The notes under the pieces: model-generated
Told to the model about the DNA's origin: nothing
What the model saw: the letters and a program-made list of their open reading frames with translations, nothing else
Databases searched by the model: none
Translations under genes and position numbers: made by a program
Assembly: GCA_937625935.1 (NCBI GenBank)
Contig: OW569380.1
Coordinates: 248,001 to 312,000, forward strand
DNA: 64,000 bases
Direction: 5' to 3'
Origin: Tetramitus jugosus
Taxonomy: Eukaryota; Protista; Heterolobosea
Shown: piece by piece, positions 29,424 to 42,287 of the stretch
How positions within the stretch are numbered: the stretch's first letter is position 1
Layout of the letters: the number at the start of each line of letters is the position of its first letter

Positions 29424-31037
29424 ATGTCAAAAGTGAAAGAGATCTCAAGTGAAGAACAATACAGAGACATCTTGCGTAACTCTGGTAATAAACTTGTCAT
29501 TGTTGACTACTTTGCTACATGGTGTGGTCCATGTATGGCCGCAGCACCTCAATTTGCCAATTTGAGCAACAAGTATGCCAATGTTGTGTTTGTCAAGGTT
29601 GATACGGACAAGAATCGTTCCATTGCTTCCAATGCCGGTGTCAAGGCACTCCCTACGTTCATGCTGTACAAGAACAATGTCAAGTTGACTGAATTTTCAG
29701 GTGCTGATATGCAAAAATTGGAACAGTTGATTGCACAGTATGGTGATACATTTGAGTCGTTCAAGGGATCTGGAAAAACATTGTCTTCTAGCAGTGGTAG
29801 TGGTAGTGGTGGTGGAATGGCAGGTAAAGCAGTGGATCGATCTGTGCTATTAAAGAGATTTGGTGGTTTGAGTGCAGAGGACGAAGAGCGAAAGAAGAGA
29901 TTAGCTGCTTCTGCTTCTTCGTCATCATCGTCATTGGAACTCGGAGATCAAACACAAAAGGCAAAAGTCACAACAATGAATGAAACGGGACTCACGGAAG
30001 AAGAGTTGGACAATTTATCAGAGGAACAATTGCTCAAGAGAGCCATCGAATTGTCCATGAAGCAGCAAACAGAAAGTGAAACAAGTGTTGAGGAACAACC
30101 GGCTGCTGTGGAGAGCAAGACTGGAGCGTTGCCCGTTCTGGACATTGTTCTTGACAAGGACGAAAAAGTACCAACGCAGGAAGATGTAGATAAGAAGGTG
30201 GAGGAAATGGTGGACAACAAGGTGTTATCCGAGTTGTTGGAGATGGAATTCTCCAAAACAAGAGCATTGAAGGCACTGTTGGCCACTGGTGGTAAAAACC
30301 AAGAGAGTGCAATTGAATGGCTTGTCGAGCATCAAACAGATGAAGACATTGATGATCCAATTCAGTTCAAGGTCATTACCTATGAAGAACAGCGACAGAA
30401 GCTCAAGGCAGCAAAAGAAAAGGCAAAGCAACTGCAGGCCGAAGCAAGAAAGAAGGTCGAGTTGATTGAGAAGCAGAATGCCAAGGAAAGAGAACGGAGA
30501 AGAATCACTGAAGGAAAAGCCACTCTACAAACACTGAGAGAGATTGAAGAGGCTCAAAAGAGAAGAGACACAGAGGCTGCCAAGTTTGAGAAGAAAAAGC
30601 TGGCAGAGGAGAGAGCAAGAGTGAAGCGCATCCAAGAAGAAGATCAAGCAAAGAGAAGGATCGAACGATTGCAGAGAGAAGGAAAGTTGGAAGAAGTTGC
30701 CGAGATTGAAAGAGAGTTTGGTTGGACGCCATCAGTCTCTGCTTCATCTAGTGCAAGCTCATCTTCCTCCTCTGCTTCAGCATCATCAGCAGCCTCCAAT
30801 GAGTGCGTTATTAGATTGAGATTGCTGAATGGTGAGACTCAAGCGTGTTCATTCTCGCCCAATGATCCATTGCAGGCCGTGTTTGATCATGCAGTCTTGC
30901 TTCAACAAGGCAACAAGCGATTCTCATTGATTACTCCCATGCCGCGCAAAGTGTACAAGGGTGCAGATTTGAAACAAACTTTGAAGCAATTGGGGCTGTG
31001 TCCAAAGTGTCAACTCATCTGCTCACCTGCTGTATAA
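29424..31037 (+). CDS. thioredoxin-UIM-UBA-coiled coil-UBX fusion protein
   Basis: WCGPC; SEEQLLKRAIELSM; LLEMEFSKTRALKAL..AIEWL; IRLRLLNG..PMPRK..L..LGLCP. Confidence 0.88.
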   Translation: MSKVKEISSEEQYRDILRNSGNKLVIVDYFATWCGPCMAAAPQFANLSNKYANVVFVKVDTDKNRSIASNAGVKALPTFMLYKNNVKLTEFSGADMQKLEQLIAQYGDTFESFKGSGKTLSSSSGSGSGGGMAGKAVDRSVLLKRFGGLSAEDEERKKRLAASASSSSSSLELGDQTQKAKVTTMNETGLTEEELDNLSEEQLLKRAIELSMKQQTESETSVEEQPAAVESKTGALPVLDIVLDKDEKVPTQEDVDKKVEEMVDNKVLSELLEMEFSKTRALKALLATGGKNQESAIEWLVEHQTDEDIDDPIQFKVITYEEQRQKLKAAKEKAKQLQAEARKKVELIEKQNAKERERRRITEGKATLQTLREIEEAQKRRDTEAAKFEKKKLAEERARVKRIQEEDQAKRRIERLQREGKLEEVAEIEREFGWTPSVSASSSASSSSSSASASSAASNECVIRLRLLNGETQACSFSPNDPLQAVFDHAVLLQQGNKRFSLITPMPRKVYKGADLKQTLKQLGLCPKCQLICSPAV

Positions 31038-31195
31038 ATATTGTTTTCTTTTGTATCATGTTTCTTGTAAAGAACACACTCAACTTCAAGTGGCTTACAT
31101 GTTCTCAAAAGACAAGAACAACGCACAACAACTCCTCTTCCAACAATATGCAACCAACGACTTCGATGAAAAAAACACAATGAGCGTGCCAGAGT

Positions 31196-31483
31196 TTATT
31201 TCTCTTGCTTAAACTGTTTCATGCCCTTCTTGTTAAACGTGGAGAACTGGTAACCCAGAGTTCCCAAGGCATTCCTTGTTTTTCTTGCTTCAAGCTTTTG
31301 TCTATTCACACAAACGGAATATCTAGCATAGTAACCGAGACAGAGCTCTTGGTTAACTGCATTCTTGACGAGACAAGAAGTGAGGACTTCACCCTCTGCA
31401 GCACACATCTCAGATTGCTCTTGATCCATGCGAGAGAGAATGAGTGCCTTTCTGACATTCCATCTTCCAATTCTGGTGGTCAT
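31196..31483 (-). CDS. twin CX9C (CHCH) mitochondrial protein, possibly mS37/Mrp10-like
   Basis: CAAEGEVLTSC and CLGYYARYSVC, both CX9C. Confidence 0.7.
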   Translation of the reverse strand: MTTRIGRWNVRKALILSRMDQEQSEMCAAEGEVLTSCLVKNAVNQELCLGYYARYSVCVNRQKLEARKTRNALGTLGYQFSTFNKKGMKQFKQEK

Positions 31484-31674
31484 GATTTGAAATTAAAAAA
31501 ATAACTGCCGTGCTAGTCGGGTCGGGTAAGGATGATGTTTTTTTTGTGTTTTTGTTTGATTGCAATGGCGGGAAAAATCTGAATGATATTTTCCCGCGTA
31601 CAAAGCAAGTTCCGATCGTGTGAAAAATATAACATTAACTGAGGTTTATATACTTTATGTTTTATTTTATCGAG

Positions 31675-33202
31675 TTAGTAGGCGTCGTGTCTATTGACAT
31701 CAGCTGCTGATGTTTGTGCGTAATACTTCTTGACAGTATTCACAGAGTCCTTGCCAGACAAGTAGAGTGATTCCTCTTCGTCCGAAGCCTTCTTTCCACA
31801 GCAGCCACACAACAAATTGTTCAACGGCCGAACAACAGCCTCAATCGCACGCTTCAACCGATCTCTCTCAGTCGCTTCACTCTCCTTCTTCATACTGTAC
31901 ACAACGATACCCAGGATCAGAATGATCAGTGCAATACCATCGAAACCAGTCAATTTGTTCTGTGTGGCCTCACCAGCCAAGAATGGAATCAAGAAACCAA
32001 CATTACTCAATGCCAATCTCGCAGCAGATGCAATCACAGCCAATGTAGAGCTACCACGTTGGAAAACAACAAGAATCAAAATGTTATAAGTCATGTTAAA
32101 GACGATAAACACAATGAATACGGCCCAGAACCAATCACATTGATCAGGACTGTCTCCCGTGAGAATCGAGTTGAATCCAAAGAAGCACTTGATACTGTTG
32201 ACAAAGTATTGTGGCAACTGTTTTGGAGCAATGTAGGAGGCAGGTGCTGGCAATGGAACAAAAGTAATTGGGAAGCACATTAATCCAAAAATGAATTGAT
32301 AAAAGGCGACCCATCCGTTCAAATACCACACATCCAAATTCTATTCATCATCCATCATCAAAATATCACACAGAGACATCAACCATTTCATTTTTGTAAC
32401 CAAAATAATGATTAGAAAATGAACAACAAAAGCGACAAAGCTAAAGAAAGCTTCAGCCAAAAAAAATCAACAACAAATAAATGACAACATACAGCTTCCT
32501 TCAAATACTTTTCCTTGTAGACATTGGAGGCAGCCATAGGAACATTGGCCAAAAACAATAAAAAGATCCAAATCCAAGTGTACTGATTGGTGCTTCCACT
32601 GGCACTATCAGCAGCAAACATGGGCCAAATATCAACAGTGATACCAGCCATCACAAGTGATACACCACACACGTGCAATGGTGAATATCTCATGTGCAAA
32701 AACACAAAACTTGCAATCATATTGACAAACACGACAGATTGACTCATGACAACATTGACGGAACCAGAGACCAATGCAGCAGGAATCGTAGAGATCAAAA
32801 CACTCAACGAATCAAACACACCCATGAGAATAAACTTGTAATTGGGGAAAGCTCTCATTTCTTTGGTAATGGCCTTGGAGATGAACATTTTGTACCATAC
32901 GACTGGCCAAGCAACTACATGAACAAGAGATGAGAAAAAAAATGAATTTTTGTGTTAGCTTTTTTGTTTTGAATTTTTTCACATGTGATGAATGACGTAC
33001 CAAACATGAAACCAACAGACAACAAAATATCAGCCAATATATAAGTATAATTTCTCATCTTGGTGGCCATACGCACATAGAGCACAAAATCAATGCTTCT
33101 AGCTAACACCATGATCACAGTGCAAGAGAAGAGAATAAGACCTTCCTTGACTGGATTTGGCTTAATTTTTTCCTCTTGTTGGGGCAATTCGTCCAAGTCC
33201 AT
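31675..33202 (-). CDS. CRT-like (chloroquine-resistance-transporter family) DMT transporter; exons 33202-33001, 32914-32493, 32340-31675
   Basis: FPNYKFILMGVFD, VMSQ, PMAASNVYKE, LDVWYLNGWVAFYQ, NMTYNI, GSSTL; two GT-AG introns give 429 aa. Confidence 0.88.
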
Positions 33203-33470
33203 TTTTTTAATCCAAGTGAATGCTTTGATTTGTTTTTTTCCAAAGTTGTTGGCGATTTCGTTGTTCTTCTCTAACGACGATTGTGAAAAAAGCAAGACAA
33301 GCTTCATGAGCGAAAAACTACATTCGAGCTCCGTCAGTTGGAAGGGCGGGATTTTGAGCTTGGAAACGATCATTTTTACAATCGTAGAATTGGTTGGCGG
33401 AGTGGAACATCTACGAATTTTCGGGTGGAGGAGTTGGGCGGCAATAATTCCTGGAGTGAGGCGAAAAGAA

Positions 33471-35720
33471 ATGGAGAGAGGATCAATGGATGGGGATCCA
33501 GATCTCAATGAAAAGGACAGAGTAGTGTTAAGTTCTTCGTTTTACTTGGATGGAAGACGAAAGGCAATCGATTGGACAGATATTGTGAAGAGCTTAGAAA
33601 GGGTGACTCATGTTCACTTTAAAAATGTGAAATGTGGAACCGATGAACTGGAGATGATTGATAACTCTATCAAGAGAAACACGATTATGAGTTTAAAACT
33701 GGAATGTGCAGATATTGAAACCAAGGAAATAGACCAATTGTTGACATTCTTATCGAATCAGAGGAAGACATTGAAAGAGTTAAGTTTGGGGAAGAATCGC
33801 ATTACGAGTAGCGATTTAATGATACTTGCAGAGTGGATCAACCATTGTGGAGACGATTTAGTTCTAGAAACCATCAATCTATCGGGCAATATGATTTCAG
33901 ATTACAACATGGATATTTTGTGCGAGAGTTTAGAAGCGATTCACACCTTGTCCGAATTGTCCTTGTTTTCGAACAATTTATCGGAAGGGGGTTGTCGTTG
34001 TATCGCTGATCTTTTATCTTCATCTCATGGATTGAGAGTATTGGATTTGTGGAATAATAAGCTTGGTGCCGTCGGAATAGCTCAGTTATGCAGGGTGTTT
34101 ACAGATAACTCCTTTCATGTTCAAATTGTATGTATTGTCAACGGATGTGCTGAATCAGAAGAAAAACTAACTAATTGAAAGACTAAACTGAACATTGGAA
34201 GCAACAATATTGGCGATGTTGGTGCTTGTCTCATCGCCAAGTACATATCAAGTAATCAGTATATTTCAATATTGGATATCAGCAACAATAGCATCTCTGA
34301 TAAGGGAGGGTCTGCCATAGCTACAGCACTTCATTCGAACACAAACTTGGTGGTCATCGATCTTAGAGCGAACAACCTCTCATTCTTCTCTTGTTTTCAA
34401 ATCATAGAAGCGATTGGAGGCCATCAAACCCTCTCTTATGTTAATTTGTACAGAAACAAAGTAGCAGAAGAAGATTGCGAGAAACTAACTAAAATTCAAA
34501 GCAACAGAGATCCCCTCTCCAAAGTTGAGATTCACATTTCACCGAGTCATTGTCATATCGAACCTTGTTCGAGCTCTATCGAGTTAAATGTTGAAGCAAT
34601 TTTGAAATCACCTCGACCTGAGAAGATTTGTAAGCCCATTCGATCTAACAAACTAATTGCATCTAGTGTTTTGGAAGAAGATAGTTCGAGTCCAATCGAA
34701 AATGCTCCCAAAATTGTAAAAGTTGAAGAAAATTACTTCGAAGAAAAGGGTGATAAGAATACATCAAACAATCATCCAATAACCGAGCTGAATACATCTG
34801 AAGTACCCACAACAAAATCACCTCCTTCGACTCAACTTTCAACACCAGAAAAGAGTTCTAGGATATCAGTAATTAATGAACAATTCGAAGCTGAAATCGA
34901 GGAATTGTTAAAACAAACAACACCTCCCAGATCAAGTCCAACAAAAGCTCAATTAGAACCCATTAACGAAGAGAACGTGTCCCAGGAATTACTCCAAGCC
35001 ATAGCAAAGAGAATTAAAATGGAAAAGAGTGGAATAGCCATTACCATCGATCCAGTCGAAGCCAATGTTGATCAAGCTCGGAGTAGAAGTTACTCAGATC
35101 AAACATCCAAAGGAATTGACGGCGGTAGTGACAGCGATGGATCTGCCGAGAGAACACTGACTTTCAAGGGTATTGCCTATGGAGAAGGAGATGATGGATT
35201 GACAGAGAGGGAGGTGTACATCAAAATAACAGTACACTACATGACAATCAAGAAGAGGCAGAGAAGGCTACGGAGGAAGAAGTTAATACGGCGGATACCA
35301 CTGAGTAGAGTTAAAGCAACTCGTGATATCGATGATCCCAAGTTAATAACCATTGAGTACGGCTCATCTGACGTTAGTATGAACTCTTTTGTCTTCAAAA
35401 CATCAGAAATGGACCTATTTGCCTCCTCCTTACGCATCCTACAAGAGAAGAAGCTATCGCTGACTCACACTCCACTTCAGGTTGAAACAAATGAAGACAC
35501 TACAGATTCATTTGATGAACGAACATTCACATCCGGGTCTTCTGGATCATTCGTTCGGCCTGGTCTTCCCAAAACAAGATCTCTCTCGAGTCCAACTTTC
35601 CGGACCTTCATGAAAAAGAAACTTCAACAACAATCTGGTGCCATTCCATTTCGTTCCAAGCCAAATGACACTCCTTCAACAAGTGAACTTGACACAACCT
35701 CGAACTCCTCTTTCCGATGA
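33471..35720 (+). CDS. RI-type leucine-rich repeat protein; exons 33471-34127, 34182-35720
   Basis: LxxLxLxxNxI repeats; 54-nt intron GTATGT..CTAAC..AAG keeps the frame. Confidence 0.85.
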
Positions 35721-36105
35721 CCTGGTTACTTTTTCTCTCCACGGTTCGATGCTAACCGGGAATACATAAACCAAAGAAACTATTTCCTTGGTTATTTTGC
35801 CGCTCAGTACCGATTGGGAATCTGTCCAGATTGATTTTGGAACCTGCTCGTCCATCAAAAAAAATGATTGACGAGCCAAAGTTTGTTCTTCAAACGTCAC
35901 CGTTTCCGCTTGATGATCCAAAAACCATCAAGTTCAAGTAGCACTTGGCGCCAAAAAAAATTGAGCACCGAATTGAATTTCCTGCAAGCCAGAACAGAAA
36001 AGCTCACACAATAGATATTTATCAGGTCATTGTCACTATTCCTTACTTCTGGAAAACAACAACAAAACATCGAAACCAACAGCAACGCAACAGATAAATA
36101 CTATC

Positions 36106-36713
36106 ATGGTCAACACATTTTCACTCTCACCAAGAGAAATTAGCCGTATGTGTTTTTTGTTCGTGTCACCAAATTTTTCCCTCCAAAAACTCACGCGCCT
36201 TTTTTTCGTTCGCTTCTCTTTACGACTACAGACTTGGAGGACTATCTCCTACATCGACCTGATCCAGCGACACTTGTCGACAAGAATATACTCAAGGACC
36301 CTCTTGTTGCTCCCACACTCATCAAAGCTTCAGAGAAGATCAAGTGGGAAAAAAAGTCCACCTTTTTACAACACAAGATTCACGATAGACCAGAGGTGAG
36401 TGACCTCATTGATCGTGGCATCATCAAAACTGAACAAGAAAGGCATGAAAATCATCGAATGGAAGTAGCTTCACACTTGGAGTACCTGTTGAATCACAGA
36501 CCCAATGCAAGTGACCTCAAACAAAAGCACATTATGCCATCGTGCAGTGCATCACCTGCGATTCAAGCAGTTCAACAAAAACTAGAAAAGGACTCTCATA
36601 AGATGATGTTGACGAGTCGTTTGCAACAGAGACCATCACCTGAAGAAGTTCAGAAGAAAATTTTGGCGTATCAGTCACCTCTCATGACCACATTGATGAA
36701 TGCTCAAACCTAA
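36106..36713 (+). CDS. RPEL-repeat (G-actin-binding) protein; exons 36106-36145, 36232-36713
   Basis: Four RPxxxxL...I repeats (HRPDPATLVDKNIL, DRPEVSDLIDRGII, HRPNASDLKQKHIM, QRPSPEEV). Confidence 0.85.
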
Positions 36714-37077
36714 GCAATAATGAATAGAATACAATAGGACACGCGTGAATAATGAGATGAAAAAGCACAATGTGAGATGATGGCAATGACTGCGACAACG
36801 ACTACGGTTCTTCTACAGTGAGACATTGAGCAATGAAACTGCCAAATGTGAAAATTGTTTTGGTGCGTCAACCGTTTGTCAAAAGAATGAACTTTGAGTC
36901 ATGTGAATGCCAACTCAAAAACGAATGAGGTGTTTTTGGAATGCAACATGGACGAATATGGTTCCTGGTGGTCAAGGAATTGGAGCACAATGGAACGAAA
37001 GAGTGAGCACAAGTAAAAAGAAGAGCAAACTTTTTTTGAAAGCAAATATCATATCATTCATCAATGGTTTTTTAGTT

Positions 37078-37674
37078 TTACATGGACAACGAATGAATTC
37101 GCTCTTGAATTTCTTGCAATTGTTCTACAACGGTAAACAGTGTTGATTTGTCCACTTCGAAAACAACCTTACTGTCCATGGTCGTATTCAACTCCACAAT
37201 GGCCACCGTCTCTGTCATCTCACTCAAATCATCCGGATTGGTCAATTGATCAATTCTCCACTTTAGTCCGCCCTTCTTCTCCGACAGTGCACTCGTAAAA
37301 TTACTGTTGGAGATGAGTTGAGAGTGTATCTTGTGTTGTTCCGTGTTCCAGAAATGACTGAGAACATTCATGTCGTTTTCAGAAATGGACATTCCATTTT
37401 TTTGTTGTTGTTGCTGTAGGTAGTCTGTGAATTGGGATGTCGATAAATTTTTGTAGGCGGCATGTTGCAGTATGCTACTGTACAATTCAATCCAATTGTT
37501 GTATTGCGTAGTCTCGTTGCTGTCTTCGTCATTTTCATTCACGTTAAAAATTTGTTGTTTGACTTCTTTAATGGTCATTTTTTGATAGAATATTACTTGT
37601 ACAATTCCACGCAAGAGAGCCAAGAGTTGTTTCTTGTCTAGTTGCTGGTGTTGTGACGTCGTGTGATCGCTCAT
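37078..37674 (-). CDS. COMM domain protein (COMMD1-like)
   Basis: LKWRID..VAIVEL..VVFEVDK..L..L.EIQ.RI C-terminal COMM pattern; 198 aa. Confidence 0.82.
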   Translation of the reverse strand: MSDHTTSQHQQLDKKQLLALLRGIVQVIFYQKMTIKEVKQQIFNVNENDEDSNETTQYNNWIELYSSILQHAAYKNLSTSQFTDYLQQQQQKNGMSISENDMNVLSHFWNTEQHKIHSQLISNSNFTSALSEKKGGLKWRIDQLTNPDDLSEMTETVAIVELNTTMDSKVVFEVDKSTLFTVVEQLQEIQERIHSLSM

Positions 37675-37767
37675 GTTTGTTTTTCTCTCTTGTTGTTTTC
37701 TATGGTTGTTGACCGCGATTTTTTGTTTGTGTTGAATTGTTCCGACTTGGAACGAGGCGTTTAGGGT

Positions 37768-39171
37768 TTACAGAGCACTGAATACACTTTTGGCTTGGGC
37801 ACGCAGCAAAGATTTTGTGCTCTTGTCCATGAGTGTTGAGCAATCCGATTTTAGGTCTGGATGGAGGAGTGGGAACTTGATTTGTTGCTTGTCGCATTTC
37901 TCAATATGATTGTACAAGACGCTCATGACATGGTCCAGAATAGGGGAGTGGAAGATTTGATTTTCAACCATGACGTGCAAAAGTCCTTGAGCTACCATTT
38001 GGAGAGCAGTTTTTGAGTTAAATGTCATTGATTGCAAATAGGTAAAAAGAGATCGTAGCACTCCATGGTCAGTGATCTTGCTGTGATCTTGAAGCAAGCC
38101 AATGAACTGCTTAATAATCTTTGAGTTTTGAGTAGGGTACAAATTAATATTAATTTGAATGATGTTTTCAATTCTTCTTCTGTTGTCAGACGAAGAAATA
38201 AATGCCAGATCGATTAGAATCTGTGTCAGTACATCGATGAGTCTTGGGTCATGATTTAGTAAATTCGAAACGAGAGCGGCATGCTGAGGACAAGAGACAT
38301 AGGTTAGCGTGTGATTACTATCAATCAAGGTCAAATAGATTAATGAATGCATCTTAAATGTACTTACAGGTAAGCATTGAATATGAGAGAGCAAGCCGAG
38401 ACAAATGTCTAGATAATGAGAACCCTTGGCAATAAACGGTAGAATCACTTCTTGAATTCCACCAGTGCCAGTAAATAGTTTCACACCAAGTTCACTACTC
38501 GAACAAAAATCAAGTATTAAAGCTAATAACGAATCTCTATTCCTTGTTAATCTCAGGTGTTCATAGATCCTTGGAAACACACCACAATACAATAGAGACT
38601 CTTGTAATTCTGTAGAAACCTTCACACAAGCTCTCAACAAATGAATCAATGGCTCAATACTTGGAGACATTTCGCTGTGATTCACTTTCAAAATATAATC
38701 GAACAAATAGTTCATATGACCAGCAATCCTGCTCGCTACCACATTCTCCATAATTTTCTGGTCCTTGTGAGCTGACATAATACCTCTACACATCTCCATC
38801 ATATCTATATCTAGATCCGTAACATCTCCTCTATTGGAAATAGCATCCTTGAGCAAGTCCAATTGCTTGAGATAGGGCTCAATCTTTATCCTGATTTGCC
38901 TTTCTCTATGCCTTTGCTCTGCTTCCTGCTGCAATGACTTTTCATCGACATCTCTGGCCCATTCTTGATCATGCTCATGCTGAGCTTGCTTAGCAGCACT
39001 CAACATGAGTTTTTCATTGAGATCGAGCTCTTCTTCATCACTGTCATCTTCACCATCACCCCAGTCGTACTCTCCATCCTCATCTTCACTGTCTTCCATG
39101 TATAGTTTCAGCTTATCTAGCTTTTCATTCTTATCTTGATCAATCTCTGTTCCTGGATCACTCATTATCAT
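37768..39171 (-). CDS. ARM/HEAT-repeat protein with acidic N-terminus; in-frame intron 38367-38284
   Basis: Leu-rich helical repeats; 84-nt GTAAGT..CTAAC..CAG segment; start uncertain (ORF open to 39309). Confidence 0.7.
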   Translation of the reverse strand: MIMSDPGTEIDQDKNEKLDKLKLYMEDSEDEDGEYDWGDGEDDSDEEELDLNEKLMLSAAKQAQHEHDQEWARDVDEKSLQQEAEQRHRERQIRIKIEPYLKQLDLLKDAISNRGDVTDLDIDMMEMCRGIMSAHKDQKIMENVVASRIAGHMNYLFDYILKVNHSEMSPSIEPLIHLLRACVKVSTELQESLLYCGVFPRIYEHLRLTRNRDSLLALILDFCSSSELGVKLFTGTGGIQEVILPFIAKGSHYLDICLGLLSHIQCLPVSTFKMHSLIYLTLIDSNHTLTYVSCPQHAALVSNLLNHDPRLIDVLTQILIDLAFISSSDNRRRIENIIQININLYPTQNSKIIKQFIGLLQDHSKITDHGVLRSLFTYLQSMTFNSKTALQMVAQGLLHVMVENQIFHSPILDHVMSVLYNHIEKCDKQQIKFPLLHPDLKSDCSTLMDKSTKSLLRAQAKSVFSAL

Positions 39172-39808
39172 ATACAAAATCGAAATTCTATGGCAATTCC
39201 AAGTCGCAACGGAGTTGTGAATTTTTACTGTAAGCCGAATCATCCCAACTCCGACTCGAACATAAATCCAAGATCCAGCATATGACCTCAACCTGGAGAG
39301 GATAAACAAGAATTGATCTTATCAAGAACAAACATGAATCATAATCTCAAAACAGGATCGTCCTGATACACTTTCCCACAGATTTACCTTTTTGCTTTTA
39401 AAAACAATTTTTTGCTGAACATTCAATGAACATAACGGGGAAATGAAAGAAACCGCGCCGAATTTTCGCGACAAAAGTTTTTGGTGGTCAAAGGCAAAAA
39501 TCGAACGTTTTTCCTCCACCATCAACAACAAACCACACACACGCATCAGACAGGCACTCCACCCCACAACAACAAAAGAACAAGTTTTCATTTGTTGATC
39601 GTTTGTTCCCAACTCATTCAAAACAAAGCGATCCCCTTCTATTGATCTTGATTGTGTGCTGTTTTTCCATACAACAAGAACGAAAGATACCAACAATAGC
39701 CAACTAACAGCTACAACAACAACCACAACAACAGTACAACAGTTTCACTCTTAAAACAGAGAGCGTTTTTTTTAAAGATTATCCACAAAGAGGTAGAGCT
39801 ATCACACG

Positions 39809-42049
39809 ATGCGAACACTGACGAGTGACGAAGTCAATTTTCTGGTTTATAGATACCTATTGGAATCTGGTATGGACAATATTTCACACTCTTTTACCAA
39901 AAAATGAGCGTTCGATCCAAAAATGTTTTTTCAACAACTACGACAAGAATATTGTTTTGTGTGTTTGTGTGAGTGAAAGCTTTGATCATCTCACACGTAC
40001 ACAAACAATTTTTTGTTCGTGTTGTTTGATTTTTTGGCGCCACTCATTTTTCTGGATTTCTGATTAGCTAACAGTTTTTTTAAACGATCATTTCGATTCC
40101 TGCTATTTTAGGTTTCAGACACACATCATTTTCGTTTGGTCATGAGAGTCTAGTTCACAAGTCAAACATTAGTGGAAAGGATGTGCCACCAGGTGCACTC
40201 ATCTCCTTTCTACAAAAGGGTATACAATACATGGAAGTTGAGGCAAGATTGAAGAGCAAGGTTTGTTGTTGTTGTTGTTTTTTGTGTTTTTATTGTTGTG
40301 TGATCAATCAGCAGTATTGACAGAGTCATTCATGTTTTTTTGATTTCTTTCTTCATCTTCATATTGTAATCAAAATAATAACAACAGGATAAGGGAGATG
40401 GTGAGCCACAGTACAACTCACCATTGGAACTCTTGAGTGGTGACATGAAGAGTCTGCCTTATTTCCCTGCTGCTGCCGCTTCCAATGGTGCAGCACTGAG
40501 CACTGGATCAGCTGCGACTACATCGGCAGCAAGCGATGAATTGCGAGTAGCTCCATCTACTCCTCAAACAAGACGTTCTCGATCGAATAGTGTAGATAAT
40601 CGAAGACGTGGTGCAACAACAGCAACAGCAGCACGAGACAAGGCTGGAGAAGAGATGGAGATTGATGACGAAGAAGAAGAAACAAGCGCTCAACAAACAC
40701 AACAAACGAGTCAACCAAAGGGATCAAGAGCGACTGGTGCAAAGACAACAAAAGCTCAGACAAAGAAGGGAGCTGCAAAGGAAGAAGAATCGATTCACAT
40801 TCCCGACAATAAGGTCACTGTACTGAGAGGGCACAGTCATGAAGTATTTATTTGTGCTTGGAGTCCAACACAGAGCAACATTATTGCCTCTGGATCTGGT
40901 GATTCAACAGCTCGGATATGGACGTTGCCACCAGGTCCTTGTGGAACAAAATCCACAATCTCTGCCTCTGCTAATCCTATTGTCTTGCAGCACTCAATGG
41001 CAGGTGAACCATCATTGGGAACTGGATCTAAAGATGTAACAACACTGGACTGGAGTGTAAGTGGTTGATTTGTGTTTTATTTGTTTGTTTTCATCTTTAT
41101 TGTTTGTTGTTCTTCTGTTTGTTGTTAGCTTTGGAAGATTCAATGTGACTGACCACCAACAATTCATTTGATCAATCATATATATAAATAGGCTGATGGA
41201 AGAAGATTGGCTACTGGTTCCTACGATGGAAAGGCCAGAATTTGGTCACACTCTGGTGATTTACTCGCTACTTTACAAAAGCACAAGGGACCCATCTTCT
41301 CGCTAAAATGGAATAAGAAGGGTGATTATCTACTGAGCGGTTCTGTTGATAATACTGCTATTATTTGGGATGTTAGCTCTGGTACAGTGAAACAACAGTT
41401 CCGTAATCATCAAGCACCAACATTGGACGTTGATTGGAGAACAGATACTTCTTTTGCTACTTGCTCTACAGACAAGATGATTTATGTGTGCAAGTTGGGT
41501 CAAGAACAACCGTTGCGCGTCATGAGAGGTCACGAAGATGAAGTCAATGCCATTCGATGGGATCCAAGCGGAAATCTACTCGCTTCCTGTTCCGATGATT
41601 ACACTGCGAAGATTTGGAACATGAACCAGGAGAATTGTGTATATGATTTTAGAGAGCACACCAAAGAGATTTATACGATCAAATGGAGTCCTACTGGTGT
41701 CGGAACACGCTTCACCAACAGAGACTTGGTTTTAGCAAGTGCCTCATTCGATGCCTCGATAAAGATTTGGGATATGAACCACGGTATTTGCAAGTATAGC
41801 TTAACGAAGCATTCAGATCCAGTGTACTCGGTAGCATTCAGTCCAGATGGTGAATATATTGCCAGTGGATCGTTTGATAAGAATTTACATATTTGGTCTG
41901 TCAAGGATGGACAGCTAGTGAAGACATACAATGGCAAGGGCAGCATATTTGAGGTGTGTTGGAACGCTGCTGGAGACAAGGTTGCTGCATGCTTCTCCAA
42001 CTCTGTCACGGAAGAATTCCAAGTGTGCGTACTCGATTTCCGGAAATAA
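39809..42049 (+). CDS. TBL1: TBL1/Sif2/HOS15-family LisH-WD40 co-repressor; exons 39809-39869, 40112-40260, 40388-41056, 41192-42049
   Basis: [63 protein letters not shown]. Confidence 0.95.
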
Positions 42050-42287
42050 TTATTATAATGTCACAAACAACAACAACAGATTATCATTATCAACTGCAAG
42101 TACACGATATGGATCACATACTTGTACTTGAGAATGTGTGAACAAAACAACAAATACATATGCATTGTAAGATATTTACCCTAATTGATTTGTCAAGTTC
42201 CCCTTGTTCGCACTTCTTTTTTCGCTCTTTGTAAGAAAACACAAAAAGCTTAGGCCGAATCTGAAAAACTTTTTTGATCAAAACAAC

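Noticed and set aside
33093-33470. N-terminal extension of the LRR ORF and the opposite 32915..33508 ORF
   Set aside because: These overlap CRT-like exon 1 and the divergent promoter; starts at 33471 and 33202 explain the region
35676-36085. Short minus-strand ORFs between the LRR and RPEL genes
   Set aside because: Non-ATG starts, no motifs; they overlap the 3' end and promoter of neighbouring genes
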